64,000 bases of DNA from Histomonas meleagridis 2922-C6/04-290x (GCA_020184695.1 JAANOX010000253.1:124001-188000), one strand, 5' to 3'; numbered from the stretch's first letter, positions 9,217-21,800 are shown. The notes: generated by a model from the sequence alone, not told the origin. Program-made: numbers and translations.

Positions 9217-10227
9217 TTAAAAAAAACTAATTGAATCGGACGAACCACTTTCCTCATTGTCCAAATTCGGCTCATTGTCGTCCATTATTAAACTTGTAAA
9301 GTCAATAACATTCTTTTTCAGATCAGCATCATTATTCGAATAATGAAACTCAAACATTTTTTCCTCTTCTTCGTCATATGAAGAATCATACTCAACGACG
9401 ATTTCTTCAGCATTTTCGGTATCTTCTTTGTCACTTAAATCACTTACATTACTTTCTTCTTCTTCCATTTGAGAAAAGAGCTCTTGATTTTTGCGTTGGA
9501 ACGAAACAGGTGAAATAATATGAACTTCTGTGTTGTCTAATTCATTCGTTTGAACATCGTTTTCAGAAACAAAGAATTCATTTTCTGAAATATTGTCTGC
9601 AATTGGTGGAACAAAATTAGTTATAAGTTCATCAAATGATGAAGATGAAGATGATGTATAACGTGGTGAATCTTCTTTGAGATTGATAGTAATTGTATGC
9701 GGTTCAGAATTAAAATCAGAATTGTCACTTGAAACTGATGAAGTGGAAATTAAATTTCGTTGTTTTGCTTTATGTTGGATTTTATGAATATATGCATCAA
9801 CGGAATCACTGGAATTAGTGTCACTGGAAGAGATATAATGTTTGTTATAATATAGTTCGGAATCAGACGATGTAGATTCATAATGCTTATTATAGCACTG
9901 ATTTAAGGTTGGCGAAAAAGAGTCAAATGTTGGAAGGAAAACATATGGCTTGAATTTTTGTTGTTCTTTTTGACGTAAAATGTTCTTATGTTTTGGTTTG
10001 TGACAATTTTTATTCAATTTGAAACATGGCTTTTTGGAAAAAAACAAAGGAGAACCGCTATGCAATTTAGTGTGAATTTGTTTGCATATTTTGGTTGGTT
10101 GAAAATCCATAATTTTCTTTTGATATTGCGATTGTGGTAGTTCAATTGCAGATGAATTAATGAGATCTTTGAACTGCTTCAATAAAATTTTGATTTCGCT
10201 TATTTCTTTAGCAATTCTTTTCGTCAT
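9217..10227 (-). CDS. Hypothetical Ser/acidic low-complexity protein
   Basis: Long open frame; first ATG (MTKRIAK) at 10227; basic N-terminal half, S/D/E-rich C-terminal half; no family recognised. Confidence 0.7.
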   Translation of the reverse strand: MTKRIAKEISEIKILLKQFKDLINSSAIELPQSQYQKKIMDFQPTKICKQIHTKLHSGSPLFFSKKPCFKLNKNCHKPKHKNILRQKEQQKFKPYVFLPTFDSFSPTLNQCYNKHYESTSSDSELYYNKHYISSSDTNSSDSVDAYIHKIQHKAKQRNLISTSSVSSDNSDFNSEPHTITINLKEDSPRYTSSSSSSFDELITNFVPPIADNISENEFFVSENDVQTNELDNTEVHIISPVSFQRKNQELFSQMEEEESNVSDLSDKEDTENAEEIVVEYDSSYDEEEEKMFEFHYSNNDADLKKNVIDFTSLIMDDNEPNLDNEESGSSDSISFF

Positions 10228-10577
10228 TTGTGATTGGTGAAATTTTAAACGTATATATAAAAGAGGTTTCACCCTGAAATTCAGATTTTATTTTCTTTAA
10301 ATCTATGATAATATTAAATTAGAAAAAGTACAGGTGTTTACTCATGTCAACTTTGTAATAGTCTGAAAACGATATTTAATTTACACTAATGCAAAATTTA
10401 CATGTTCATTTTTACTAATTTTGAAATTTGGCTTTTAATAAACAACTACGTGTGCAGTATAGAAAACCCGTATAATCGATTTTTTTTATTAGAAACAAAG
10501 AAGTGTTTCTAATTGAGGCTTGTCATTGCGACCGTTTATTTCTATTCTGTTGTCACTTTTTAAAATTAAGGTTTCAA

Positions 10578-11066
10578 ATGTCCAAATCACTCAATTCACG
10601 GAGAAATCTATCCGTTCAAAGAGGTTGGAGCCCAAACGTATCTTCTTTTCTTAAAACCCCTGGTAGGTATAGTGACATTGCAAACATAATAAATTCAACA
10701 AATGAGAATTCATCTAAAAGTAAGTTAATGCAAGAAAGAGATTCATACACCACATCAAAAAGAGCATTAGAAATAGGGCTGAGAAGAAGATCAGATGCAT
10801 ATAGTAGATATACAAAAAAATTAGAAAAAATTGAGCATCCACAAAGATATGTTCCCAAAACATATCAACAAAAATGTGCAGAACCATCAAAAGTCAAAGA
10901 TAATCATATAATAGAATCAATAATTGAAGAAAGAAAACAAATAAATTTTCAATCATCAGATTCCGCTCAACAAACCCATACTTTGAATTTGAAAACTAGA
11001 CATAAACTTCCAAGAGACAAAGGATTTTTTGTTAAAACCAAAAATAGAGTTTTTTACTGGGGATAA
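10578..11066 (+). CDS. Hypothetical basic protein (~162 aa)
   Basis: First ATG (MSKSLNSR) at 10578; open frame with gene-like composition; no family recognised. Confidence 0.6.
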   Translation: MSKSLNSRRNLSVQRGWSPNVSSFLKTPGRYSDIANIINSTNENSSKSKLMQERDSYTTSKRALEIGLRRRSDAYSRYTKKLEKIEHPQRYVPKTYQQKCAEPSKVKDNHIIESIIEERKQINFQSSDSAQQTHTLNLKTRHKLPRDKGFFVKTKNRVFYWG

Positions 11067-11201
11067 TAATTATCCTTCTTTTGTTCATCTACAAAATTTT
11101 CTGCTTTAGCGTATAACAATGTTTTTTTTTTAATATTGCTGATATTAAAAAATTACAAGAAAAATTTTTAATTGAAAAAAAAATTAAAATCATAAAGTAT
11201 T

Positions 11202-11891
11202 TTATGATGATGATGAATCAGCTTTAGCTGCATCAAGGGCATATTTAACTGCACAACAGGATAAAATACATGTAGCAACTATTGCAACAACAATCTGTAC
11301 GATATAAACACCAAGGACAGCTGTTCTATAAGTTCTGCGGGTTTCCCAATCATCTGTAATCCATTGTTCATATCCGTTTCCAAACTCTTCGATACCCAAA
11401 TTAGTTAATTGAATGAACGATATGAAAGCTTCCTCATCTGATTCAGTGGCATTTGCCCACTTTGCAGCAGTGTTCTCTATCCATTGGTTCTTGTGGTTTT
11501 CTGATGTTCTGTCATATGTAATACCAATCATGATCAAAAGAACAAGACAACAAGCTGGACGAAGGAACTTTGTATTCATTTTTTGACAGCATGCAAAAGC
11601 TTTAAGGCATCCAGGGAGGTCACCTCCTCCATCCATTAAAATTTTAATACCATAAAAGTTATAAATCAAATCAACAATGTATAAGACAAGGCAAATAATT
11701 ACGAAAGCAAATGCAACAGTACCGAACTTACGCTCTTCTGATCCAGTGATTTCAATGTATCCATCGTAACTACTTCCCATAATCTGAGCATCTGCCATTA
11801 GTTCAAATACGACATAGACAATTGATAAAACAATACCAATAATCATAAGGCCAATTACGAAACAACATATTCTTTTAAGAAGCGATGCCAT
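11202..11891 (-). CDS. Four-TM membrane protein (tetraspan-like topology), paralog A
   Basis: Four hydrophobic segments; strongly similar to the product of 15988..16651 (SYDGYI..TGSEERK.G.VAFAF.IICL.LY; EQWITDDWE.RR.YRT.VLGVYIV). Confidence 0.85.
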   Translation of the reverse strand: MASLLKRICCFVIGLMIIGIVLSIVYVVFELMADAQIMGSSYDGYIEITGSEERKFGTVAFAFVIICLVLYIVDLIYNFYGIKILMDGGGDLPGCLKAFACCQKMNTKFLRPACCLVLLIMIGITYDRTSENHKNQWIENTAAKWANATESDEEAFISFIQLTNLGIEEFGNGYEQWITDDWETRRTYRTAVLGVYIVQIVVAIVATCILSCCAVKYALDAAKADSSSS

Positions 11892-11900
11892 GTTTTAAAA

Positions 11901-11910
11901 AATGAAATGA
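11901..11910 (-). promoter_or_regulatory. Putative trichomonad-type initiator (Inr) TCATTTCATT
   Basis: Lies 9 nt upstream of the ATG at 11891; matches the TCA+pyrimidine Inr known in Trichomonas. Confidence 0.5.
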
Positions 11911-12617
11911 AGAGTTTCAATGAATGAAGCCCAACGGCTCAACTTTTTCGATAGATTGAGAACTAACCCATTAATGGCTCTGAAATTTGTATGGTGGTTT
12001 GGTGGGTTACTTTTGAATTCAGGTTCTTGTTTGATGGTTGTAGACTACCATTATCGAACCAAACCACCAGACCTCGCACATCACAAAAAAGCGGTTAATA
12101 AAAAATCCCAATCAAATTTGACACAAACTTTTGCGTTGTATAAAAAATTGAATGCTCACAATATTGGAGAGCGCCAAAAACGAAAGCATAATTGTGTTTC
12201 GCGTTTTTTTGATTCCATGAAATATGTGCGCTGTTGGTAAAAATAAACTCTTATAACGTCTAATACAAGAAAGATAAAATAAAAATCGTTCTCAATCATT
12301 CATTCTCAAAGGGATCTCTTAGACATGAAATTCCACAATATGCTCAAAAACAAATTTACTTATATCTTATTTATACCTGAAATTGTTTGCGTAACTTTTG
12401 TTCCAAAAAAACTTTTTCATGAATATTGTATGCTGAGAATGAGTTAATTAATATAAAAGAAAACATTTATTCATTAATGATATATATTAGTTATATTTAC
12501 AACAGCCCGTGCTTTTTATTTAGCTATCATAAAGCAATGTGATTCGAGCAAAGTCGACTTTTTGCAAATTGGAATTACAATTTTTGGTGCCAATTCACAT
12601 CACATTTCAGGACCATT

Positions 12618-14873
12618 ATGGATTTTAAGCCAATCCTTACTGAACTAGAGAAACAAACTCCAAATAGAGATGTAATTATTGAAGAACTTGATGTACTAAC
12701 AGACCCTCTTCGTGCTGGTTATCCAACGACTGAAATAATCGACGAATTATTCTCATTATTCACAAAATTAATCAATTTTTCTCAATGGCATATTCAACAA
12801 GATACATTGTCATGTGCTAAATACATCTTCGAAAATTCCACATTAAATTTGGAAGAGAAAAAACAAGCACTTTTGAAACATACTGATTTCACAGAACATT
12901 TAGGAGTTCTTTTAAGTGATCCAAAAAGAGAGGTTAGAGAAATGGCAGCTCAGTGCATAGGTAATCTTGCTATCGAAATTGGTCCGTCAATTCTTGATGA
13001 TGAATTCAAGCTAAATAAGGCTATCTTCCACCCAAGCATTAGCCAATTCCCACTCGAAGGACAACAGATGGCTCTTGGTCGTCTTGCAACAGCTTTTCGT
13101 TTTGTTTCAAATGAATCCCTTAAATTAATCCTTCAAAGCATCATTGATGACAGTAACTTTAATGCTATTACTAACCAAAGCGAAAATGGTTATGTTTATT
13201 GGTATTCTACACGCGCTCTTTTGTTGTTCTGCACATCTCAAATTGATTACGTACGCATCAAATATAAGAAACAATTTGATGAGTCCTATAAATACATCAT
13301 TGCCAACTTCAAAGATGATATTTTGAAATGTGCCATTTCACGTCTTTCACATCATTATTCAAATGTCCGTAGATCAGCTGCCAACGTTATTTCCAGTATC
13401 TTTGTTTCAATAGAAGAAAACAGAGAACAATTTATTGATTCACTTTTACCGAAATCTGATCAAAAATGGATATCTGTCGAAGGTCATTTATCAGCTGTTT
13501 CCGGTTGTATTGCATCTCTAACAAAGCCCCTTGACGCTGAATACGTAGAAGAGCTTGCCAAGAAACTTGTTTTGTTATTGAAAGATCCTATTTCATGTGA
13601 TTCTGCACCAATCACTCAAAAAGGAAACGCAAACGGATGGGCCGGAAGAACGCTTGTAAAGCTATTGTACAAACATGATCCGGCTCTTTATGAGCGTTAT
13701 GTTCATCCAAGTGTTCAATATTTACTTGATAGTCCTGTTGCCGCATTGATTGATGCAGGTGTTATCTGCTTAGCTGAGCTCAAAGGAATGAATAAGTTTG
13801 ACATCGAAGACCTTTATCTTTCTGCATTTAAGGATATTTTCCATGCATCATTCCCAATTCGAGATTTATCTAGGAGAACAATCCCAGCTGATGACCTCAT
13901 CCAGAACAGAGTTGATGAGTTGATTGAAATTTTAGCTAAATATGCTAAGTCTGTTGATTCTGAAGTTCGTGAATCAGTTTGCAAAGCACTTCAAACCGTC
14001 AAAAAGAACAACGCGAACGTTAAGTTCAACGAGAACGTTATGGAACTTATTGAAGAGATGATCAAAGATGAGAACGAGAACGTTATCGCAGCGGCTCTTG
14101 ATCTGTATCGTTTAACGGTCACTCCAGAAACCGTTTCAAAGATTCCTGAGATAGTTCGTTCAATTTTAACAAGTGATGGTGATGAATCATTGTCAGCAGC
14201 GATTCGTCTTGTTAAGTCATCTGTTGAACTATTCCGAGATTTAATCATTAATAAGATATATTTACTCTCACCAATATTAGCATTTCATGCAATTACTTCT
14301 ATGTCACCAAATGTTTCTACTACAGCACAACAACTTTTAATTCTTTTAGCATCAGATACTAAAGAATTTGATGAAGAACTTATTGAAAACTTCAAACAAC
14401 TCGACATTGATTGTATTGGACCTGATGAACTTGATGAAATCATTGACACATGTAATGGTAATGCAAATGCGCCAGCTTCAATGCTCAAAGTATTAATTGA
14501 ACGTTTTTGCGAAGACTTAGGCGTCGAATCTATTGAAGAAGTAATGTCAACATTAAATGAAAACGATGAAAGTAATGAAGAAATAATTAAATATATATTA
14601 AGTGGACAAAAAGAAGAGATCGTCAACAAGTTAGCATTCATATTAACAAAAGCAACTGAATTAACAGATGAAGAGTTCGAAAAGGTTATGCAGGTGTTAG
14701 TGGATGTATACGCAGATGAACAAATCGACTTCGAGTCTAAAAGACCTCTTTTGTTCGCTCTAAATGAATTAAGATTGAACCCGAAGTTCAAGGGCAAACT
14801 TAAGATCCCAGAGCCAACACCATTTTCAACTACACATGCAAGTGAAACATTTGCTAAAACACAATCAATTTAA
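12618..14873 (+). CDS. HEAT/ARM-repeat protein (751 aa)
   Basis: HEAT-like helix pairs: LLSDPKREVREMAAQCIGNL, LSHHYSNVRRSAANVI, VDSEVRESVCKAL, IKDENENVIAAALD. Confidence 0.85.
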   Translation: MDFKPILTELEKQTPNRDVIIEELDVLTDPLRAGYPTTEIIDELFSLFTKLINFSQWHIQQDTLSCAKYIFENSTLNLEEKKQALLKHTDFTEHLGVLLSDPKREVREMAAQCIGNLAIEIGPSILDDEFKLNKAIFHPSISQFPLEGQQMALGRLATAFRFVSNESLKLILQSIIDDSNFNAITNQSENGYVYWYSTRALLLFCTSQIDYVRIKYKKQFDESYKYIIANFKDDILKCAISRLSHHYSNVRRSAANVISSIFVSIEENREQFIDSLLPKSDQKWISVEGHLSAVSGCIASLTKPLDAEYVEELAKKLVLLLKDPISCDSAPITQKGNANGWAGRTLVKLLYKHDPALYERYVHPSVQYLLDSPVAALIDAGVICLAELKGMNKFDIEDLYLSAFKDIFHASFPIRDLSRRTIPADDLIQNRVDELIEILAKYAKSVDSEVRESVCKALQTVKKNNANVKFNENVMELIEEMIKDENENVIAAALDLYRLTVTPETVSKIPEIVRSILTSDGDESLSAAIRLVKSSVELFRDLIINKIYLLSPILAFHAITSMSPNVSTTAQQLLILLASDTKEFDEELIENFKQLDIDCIGPDELDEIIDTCNGNANAPASMLKVLIERFCEDLGVESIEEVMSTLNENDESNEEIIKYILSGQKEEIVNKLAFILTKATELTDEEFEKVMQVLVDVYADEQIDFESKRPLLFALNELRLNPKFKGKLKIPEPTPFSTTHASETFAKTQSI

Positions 14874-15012
14874 TAATTTGTTTTTTATTATAAATGGAAT
14901 AACACTTTTTTGATCGGCCTTAATAGAATTGCATTCAAAAAGTGGAGAAGAAACCGCTGCATTCGAAACAAACGCTGTGAAATTGAGCGGTTAATTTCGT
15001 TCCATATGAATA

Positions 15013-15480
15013 ATGAGCGAAGAAACATTCGGACCTTGGAGTGCAAAATCAGTTCCTAACTTATGGGAGGAATCAAAAGTGGTAAACGTTAGTCAGTGGT
15101 ATAATCTTATTGCTCGCTCAATGGGTGTTTTAAAAACAAATGAAAAAAAAACAAAATCGTCAAAAAATCAAATGAAAGATTTTGAAAAGAACTTGACAAC
15201 GCAAAGTGCAGCTACAAACAAAAAGATTAATTCTCCACGTTTGAGTTGTTTAGAAATTTATTTTGAAAATAATCTTTTTAATTCTGTAAAATATGATCGC
15301 AAACCAGAACAAGAAGCGCATGTAACTATAGACCAATTTTTAATGACACCACAATATTTATTACAACCTTGGTCAGATAATCATCAAACACTTGAAGAAT
15401 CGATTATGCAATTTACAGATCGAACAAAAAACCCAAAGAAAGGAAGAAACATCAATAATCACAAACGTATTAAATACTAA
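15013..15480 (+). CDS. Hypothetical protein (155 aa)
   Basis: ATG-initiated ORF filling the gap between genes; no family recognised. Confidence 0.6.
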   Translation: MSEETFGPWSAKSVPNLWEESKVVNVSQWYNLIARSMGVLKTNEKKTKSSKNQMKDFEKNLTTQSAATNKKINSPRLSCLEIYFENNLFNSVKYDRKPEQEAHVTIDQFLMTPQYLLQPWSDNHQTLEESIMQFTDRTKNPKKGRNINNHKRIKY

Positions 15481-15987
15481 GTAATATTAGAAATGAAAAT
15501 ATTTTTATATTAGATCTTTAAACTTTCTAAACTGTTTAGGTAAACCAATAAGATGTTTTAAATTACGAGAAACCTTATTTTTAAGGTATTCATTAAGTTG
15601 AAATCATCAAAAAAATTTAATTGTTTTTGTCGATGCCTTTGTGAAAAAAGATCAGCAAATCTCTGTATTTGAATGGTTTGAATGGTTGCATGGCCGTACA
15701 GAAAAAATACATCGACCTTCTTTGGCCAGAGTAAAACGATATAAAGTGTCAACAAACAATAAATTCATCTCAAAATTCTGTACAACGATGGTTTTTATCG
15801 TTCTCAACAGCTGTGAATCGATTCAAAAGGCTTTTTTTATGATCAAATTTTTCATAAATGTTTGTATTCAAAAATCTTGAACGTTCAAACAAATATTTGA
15901 AAGAACGTTGCAATTATTCACTACCACCCAAAAAATTGATTTTACATCAATTGAAAAAGTCGAAACAATTAATTTTAAATTATCATC

Positions 15988-16651
15988 ATGGGCAGCCAAG
16001 AAAATTGCATGCGATCTATTAATCCTTATACTTATAGGTCTTACATTTTCAATTGTCTATGTCGCTTATGAAATTATGGCAGACACAATGATAATGAAAG
16101 ATAGTTATGACGGATACATAAATCTCACTGGGTCAGAAGAACGTAAGTATGGACAGGTTGCTTTTGCTTTCACTATTATATGCCTTATATTGTATGCTTT
16201 CGATTTGATTTTTAACTTTACAACAGTTGCGGTAATTTGGATGGGCGAAGACACTCTTCCTGAAATTTTAGCATGTTGCCAAAAGGGAAATAGCAAATAT
16301 CTCCGTCCTATTTGCGGGCTTATCCTTCTCATCATGATATGTCTTGCTTATGACAGAACATCAGAGGAACATAAGCAACAATGGCTTTTTAGCATTAGCC
16401 AAAAGTTTCTTCAAGAATACGAACAAAATGAAGCCAATTTTAATTCATTTTATGCTTTAACTGGATTGAACATTTCAACATTTGACGATAATTTTGAACA
16501 ATGGATTACTGATGACTGGGAAGTACGTCGGAATTATCGAACAATTGTTCTTGGCGTTTATATTGTTTCACTTGTTGTTGGAATTATCGCAGCAATTATT
16601 TTTACTGTATGCGTTGCAAAAATTGCAGTGGATGGATCTGACTCATCTTAA
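15988..16651 (+). pseudogene. Four-TM membrane protein, paralog B; start codon out of frame by one extra G
   Basis: TCATC-ATG-G-GCA-GCC-AAG at 15988: removing one G gives MAAKKIAC, matching MASLLKRICC of paralog A. The rest of the frame is intact to 16651. Confidence 0.7.
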
Positions 16652-17115
16652 ATTATATTTTAGTAGTTAAAAAACTTTTATACTTAGCATTAATTTTATG
16701 AAGTAAACAACTTTATAAGAAGAGATTGATATAAATTAACACAGTGAGATTAGGCTTAGTAATCTTTTTACAAATTTGTGGGAAGGTGAGCTGAATAATT
16801 CGAGCTCCAAATAAATAAAAATAATTAAATTCAAATAGTAATGCAATTTTTGTTGGTGTTTTTATTTTTCTCTGAGAATTTGGTGATTATTTGTACTTTA
16901 TTGTGTCAGAACGGGATATTTTAGCCTTGTTGATTGTTTTAAATATCTCTCATTTTTTTTAGGTTCAATACATATGTGTGACCGAAGTTAATGAAACAAA
17001 AAAATTTAATTTCTAAAAGTCAAAACATTATTTTACTTATCCACTCCATACTCGCGCACTAACAATGTTTAATTTCATTTAATCCATATCAGAAAATTTG
17101 TGTCAAATTATTTAT

Positions 17116-18693
17116 TTATTTCTCTTCTTCTCTTTTCACTTCGTAATAGTCCTTTATCTTTCTGAAGCTTGGGTGATTTACAGCTTCAGTTCCAATTCTC
17201 CTTGTCTTTTCCTTTGCCTGTTTCCTGCCCTCTTTTATCCAAGTTATCACGTACATCATCAGCATGTAGAACAACATAGCCAATATCATTAAGAAGCCAT
17301 TTCCTTTCACGTACTTATTACATTTTACGTCCTGTGTCACAACGTCATATTCATCTTGTCGTGTTCCATCACAACAATTATTAATGTAAAATCGTTGTAC
17401 AGAGTTAACTCCATCACTTAATGCGCCTTTGATAGTTCTTTTACCTGTTCGTGTGAAATCAGTTTTAAGAGCTTTCGTACCACTGTACTGAAGACTAATT
17501 TCATCAGCATTATCAGCCCAAATACCACGAAATTCGAAATCACATTCAAACTTAAGTCCGACACTATCGAGTTGCTTAATTAATGATCGAAGCGCAACTT
17601 CATTTTGAAGAACACCAGTACGATCAAGACAATCAACACAGTTAGTACGTACGATACCTGTTTGTGATTGTTTTAGAATTCCTTCTTCAACATATGTAAA
17701 TCCTAATGAATCTAATTCAGTGCTCATCTGTTCAATAAGCTTATTAATGTTATGGAATCGCATCTTGGAACACTCACGATGAAAGTCAAAGTAATAATAT
17801 GAGACATTTGTACATTTCGGTCCAAGTGTATTATACATGTCGGTTAACGGTTTCTCATATCCTTTGTCATTTGTGAGTGAAGCTGCAAGAACTGTTCCAT
17901 ACTCTTCGTGGAGAGTTTGGAAGTGTTTCTTGAGTGCAATTTCACATGCGTTTGGAGTATCAAGATAAATACTTGGTAAACGTGATTTAAGATCTGGATT
18001 TTGTGACCATAAAACAGGTATAGATCCACGGATTTGAACATAGCTGAAAAGTTTGCTACCAAGAGATATAACTTGTTCGGTTTCAACATAATTTGATGTA
18101 TTTCCTTCTTCGTCACATCCTCGCATCCAGAAACGTGTACCGGCTCGGATGGGTGAACGACGGGAAACAAGAAGAAGAGTGAAATCCTTTGTCTTGAAAG
18201 TTGATACAAAACCAGAAATTATTGGTTTTGAGAAAGGATAAACATTATCGATAAGTTTTTGAAGGATTTGAAGTGGCTTATGATTCCATGTGAACCTTTT
18301 CCTTGATGGTGATCCATTTATTTGTAATTGAAGAGATAAAGATAAATCATTTGTATCACTATAATATAATGGACAAAGTAAAAGACCTTCATTAAGAAGT
18401 GATTTAAGTCTTTCATCTGTGTTTCCTTCATTAAGTTGTAAAATCTTAAATTGAGTTATCTTATTGATGTTCCATACTTCAGAAACAGATTGTAACTGTG
18501 TTGCTGCAGCAATGAAAGTTTTATCTTCAATTTCATAAGCACCAAGAAGAAATAGAAAATCGAAATGTTCACAATTTTCTAAAGCTTTGGGATTTTGTAT
18601 TTGTTTTAATGTTTTCCTATCAATACCAGCGATTGGTTTTCCATTTGCACTGATCAAAACTGTGTTGGAATCATAGGAAAGGGAATACTCCAT
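17116..18693 (-). CDS. SAC1: SAC-family phosphoinositide phosphatase
   Basis: RAGTRFWMRG.DEEGN.SNYVETEQ, QIRGSIPVLWSQ, catalytic RTNCVDCLDRT, YSGTKALKTDFTRTGKRT, C-terminal hydrophobic segment. Confidence 0.93.
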   Translation of the reverse strand: MEYSLSYDSNTVLISANGKPIAGIDRKTLKQIQNPKALENCEHFDFLFLLGAYEIEDKTFIAAATQLQSVSEVWNINKITQFKILQLNEGNTDERLKSLLNEGLLLCPLYYSDTNDLSLSLQLQINGSPSRKRFTWNHKPLQILQKLIDNVYPFSKPIISGFVSTFKTKDFTLLLVSRRSPIRAGTRFWMRGCDEEGNTSNYVETEQVISLGSKLFSYVQIRGSIPVLWSQNPDLKSRLPSIYLDTPNACEIALKKHFQTLHEEYGTVLAASLTNDKGYEKPLTDMYNTLGPKCTNVSYYYFDFHRECSKMRFHNINKLIEQMSTELDSLGFTYVEEGILKQSQTGIVRTNCVDCLDRTGVLQNEVALRSLIKQLDSVGLKFECDFEFRGIWADNADEISLQYSGTKALKTDFTRTGKRTIKGALSDGVNSVQRFYINNCCDGTRQDEYDVVTQDVKCNKYVKGNGFLMILAMLFYMLMMYVITWIKEGRKQAKEKTRRIGTEAVNHPSFRKIKDYYEVKREEEK

Positions 18694-18697
18694 TTTT

Positions 18698-18713
18698 AAA
18701 AGTGATCACTTTT
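18698..18713. promoter_or_regulatory. 16-bp perfect palindrome AAAAGTGATCACTTTT (Inr-like TCACTTTT on both strands) in the SAC1/BEACH divergent promoter
   Basis: Read directly from sequence; 4 nt from the SAC1 ATG in a 125-bp head-to-head intergenic region. Confidence 0.4.
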
Positions 18714-18818
18714 TTCAATGCTTTACCCATTCAAATTTGACATTTTCTTGAGACCGTTAGAGTGTTGTTATCGTGTAAATTAAACGTTTACCTGCCAAAC
18801 GACAAAATAACAAAATAA

Positions 18819-21800
18819 ATGGGATTATTTGGAAGATCAAAATCCCAAATAAAATCACCAATAGCAGTCTTAATAAATTATTATTATGAAGTATGCACAA
18901 AAGGTATTGATGAACAAAATAGTTATCCAAATGAAATTCAAATTCTTAAATATAATATTACTTCCTTAGATAAACAAGCTGCTCAAAATATATGTAAAAT
19001 CGAAAAGATCCCAGAAGCTTTAAATAAGTTCTGCCCTACATTTAAATTTTGTGCCGACTTTTTGAAAATCTTTTTGTTATTTTATTCAACTCAACCAAAA
19101 GTATCTGAAGGTTATGTTATAATTGTTTGTTTCCAAGTACTTCAATGGGTTTACAATGAATCTGAAAAAAATCCCAAAGATTTATCAATATTAATTGATT
19201 GTATTTCACTTATTAAAGAAACTCCTATTCGAACCTTTGTTAACACTATCACCAATAGTTTTCTTCAAACCATTTCAACACTTCCACCAGAATTTTGTTC
19301 AGATTCATTTCTTCATAGTTTTTTAGGATTTCTTGCTACAAATCAATATTTCCAACCCGGTGACTTTCCTAATGTTACACCCTTTCTTAAGCTCATTTCA
19401 AATAGTGACAACAATGAACTTAATAATTCGTTAATAAAAATCATATATGATCTTGATAATCATAAGTCACCAGTATTACAAACCGATGACATCCAAACAC
19501 TTACTGAAATCATTTCACCGTATATAGAACGACTTAATTATATTGGGATGAGTGTACTTGAAAGTTTTGTTTTAAGATGTCCAGAAAACAAAATATATTT
19601 AATTAATAACTTATTTTTATTAATGGCCACATCATTAATTGAATGTATCCAATCATCTAAACAACCATATAAATATCCAGAAAATATATTAACTGATCCG
19701 ACATTACCAAAAGATTGTTCTTTAAAGAGTTTAACATATCAATTTATCACAGAACTTAATGGTAATATAAAAGATAATTATCCGCCACCATTTGAAATAC
19801 TTGAGAAAAAAATTGATTTGGACGCAATGATGTCTGAACAAATTCTTGTGAATATACAAGAAATTTCTTCTTCTTTTGCTATTTTAGCTGATGAAGAAAT
19901 AGGTAAAAATGTACATCTTTCATTTTTTGAAACTTTGTTGGTAAATGTTAGAGCTTCTTCAACTGAATATTATTTACAATCATGTTCATGTTTTTTATAT
20001 ATATTACAAAATTATAAAAATAAGAAATTCTTTGAAAAGAATTTAATTGATTTACAAAAAATAATTTTTACATATAATACAATGAATGTATTTCAAGATG
20101 GTGAATTTAATATATGTATAAATACGATTAGAGATGTTTTTATTGAGATTTTAATTGATGTTTATCCAGAATTAATACATGAATTAATTTTATCATTAGA
20201 AGAAAACGCTTTTATTTTTACTGAATTATTAATTAGAATATTGATGAAATCGAAAAAAATTAATTTAACTATATTAAATACTAAACAATTTTTTAATGCT
20301 ATTTCTATAAATGCATTAAAATTACAACATTTAAATATAGAAGACAAATCCGAATTAGTACAAAAAACTCGAAATTCAATTTTCATATTTATGTCTGAAT
20401 TAGCATTAAATCCATTAACTTCATATTCCGCAATTTCTAATAGTAAATTTGGATATGGTTATATTCGTTACATATTTGAACAACCATTATCATTATCTGT
20501 ATTAATTACTGTACGTAATGCATTATCACAAATACATTATGAATCAGGAAAAATTGAATTAAAAACATTATTATTAAATCTTAAAAATTCGATTATATCA
20601 TGTGTAGTAAACTTTGATGATAATATGTATGAAAGTTTATGTTCAAATATATTAAATAATTTATTATATTCATTTAAACAAAATCCAAAAATTTCATTAA
20701 TATTTGAGCCATTAATTGAACCATTTTCTAATTATATATTAAAACAACCAAATGAAAAAATGCTTTTAGATATATTAACATTTTATTCTTTTATATCTTC
20801 ATTAAAAAAGAATTTTGAAATAAATGAAAGTTTATTAAATGCATTATTTAATTGTATTAAATCTGTATATAATGATGAACCAACAACTTTAATTGAATCA
20901 AAATTATTTGGTTTATTACGGAGAACTATTTCATCACCATCGAATTCAATGTTTTTGATTTCATTACCTTCTGCTTTACCATTAATTATAGCATCATTTG
21001 GTAAATCGAAACGTATTGTCTCGATAATTAAATATATTCAAAGTCTTTGTGATTATTCTGATTATAATCGACGTTTATGTCATGATGGAGATTTAGATTT
21101 AATATTATCTAAATTTATATGTATGAAACCAAATGAAAAAATCATAAATTATCGTGGTTGTAAATTTGAATTACAATTTGATAAAGAAACTATTAAAAAT
21201 ATTGTAATACCTTTAATGTCATCTATAATTATCTCTAAATCTAGTAATATTAATTCACATTATTTAGTTGAACGTATTGTTAATGAACAAAATTATCAAA
21301 TTTGTGATTTATTAGGTAAAGTTATATCGAAATGTCAAAATATTCCATCACCAGTATTTTCATTATGTTATTCTGATTCATTATTTGATGTTAATGGAGT
21401 TGATTCAACTGATTTAAATAATAATTTTACAATTCATTTTATGATAAATTTAGATATTCGTTTATTAATGGAAAGTAATGTTCATATAAAAGTTTTAACT
21501 TTAATTGATACACATGATAATGAATTAATTCTTTTTATTAATCAAATGACATTATATGCGAAATATGAATCTAATACAACTAGAACAACTGTTGTATTAG
21601 TAAAAATTCAAGATTCAAATGTTTGGACACATATAACAATCGTATTTTATTTCCAAGAAAAAAGTATCTTATTACATAATTATCGAAATTTAACAAAATT
21701 AAATGATAGTGAATTATGTAATTTTAAGTTTAATGAAGGTCCTGTCCAAGTTATATTTGGAGGAATTGATTATCAAAATCCAATTAGTCCTGAATGGCAA

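Noticed and set aside
11920-12240. 106-aa ORF
   Set aside because: Lies in the promoter region of the divergent 4-TM gene and has no recognisable features; likely spurious.
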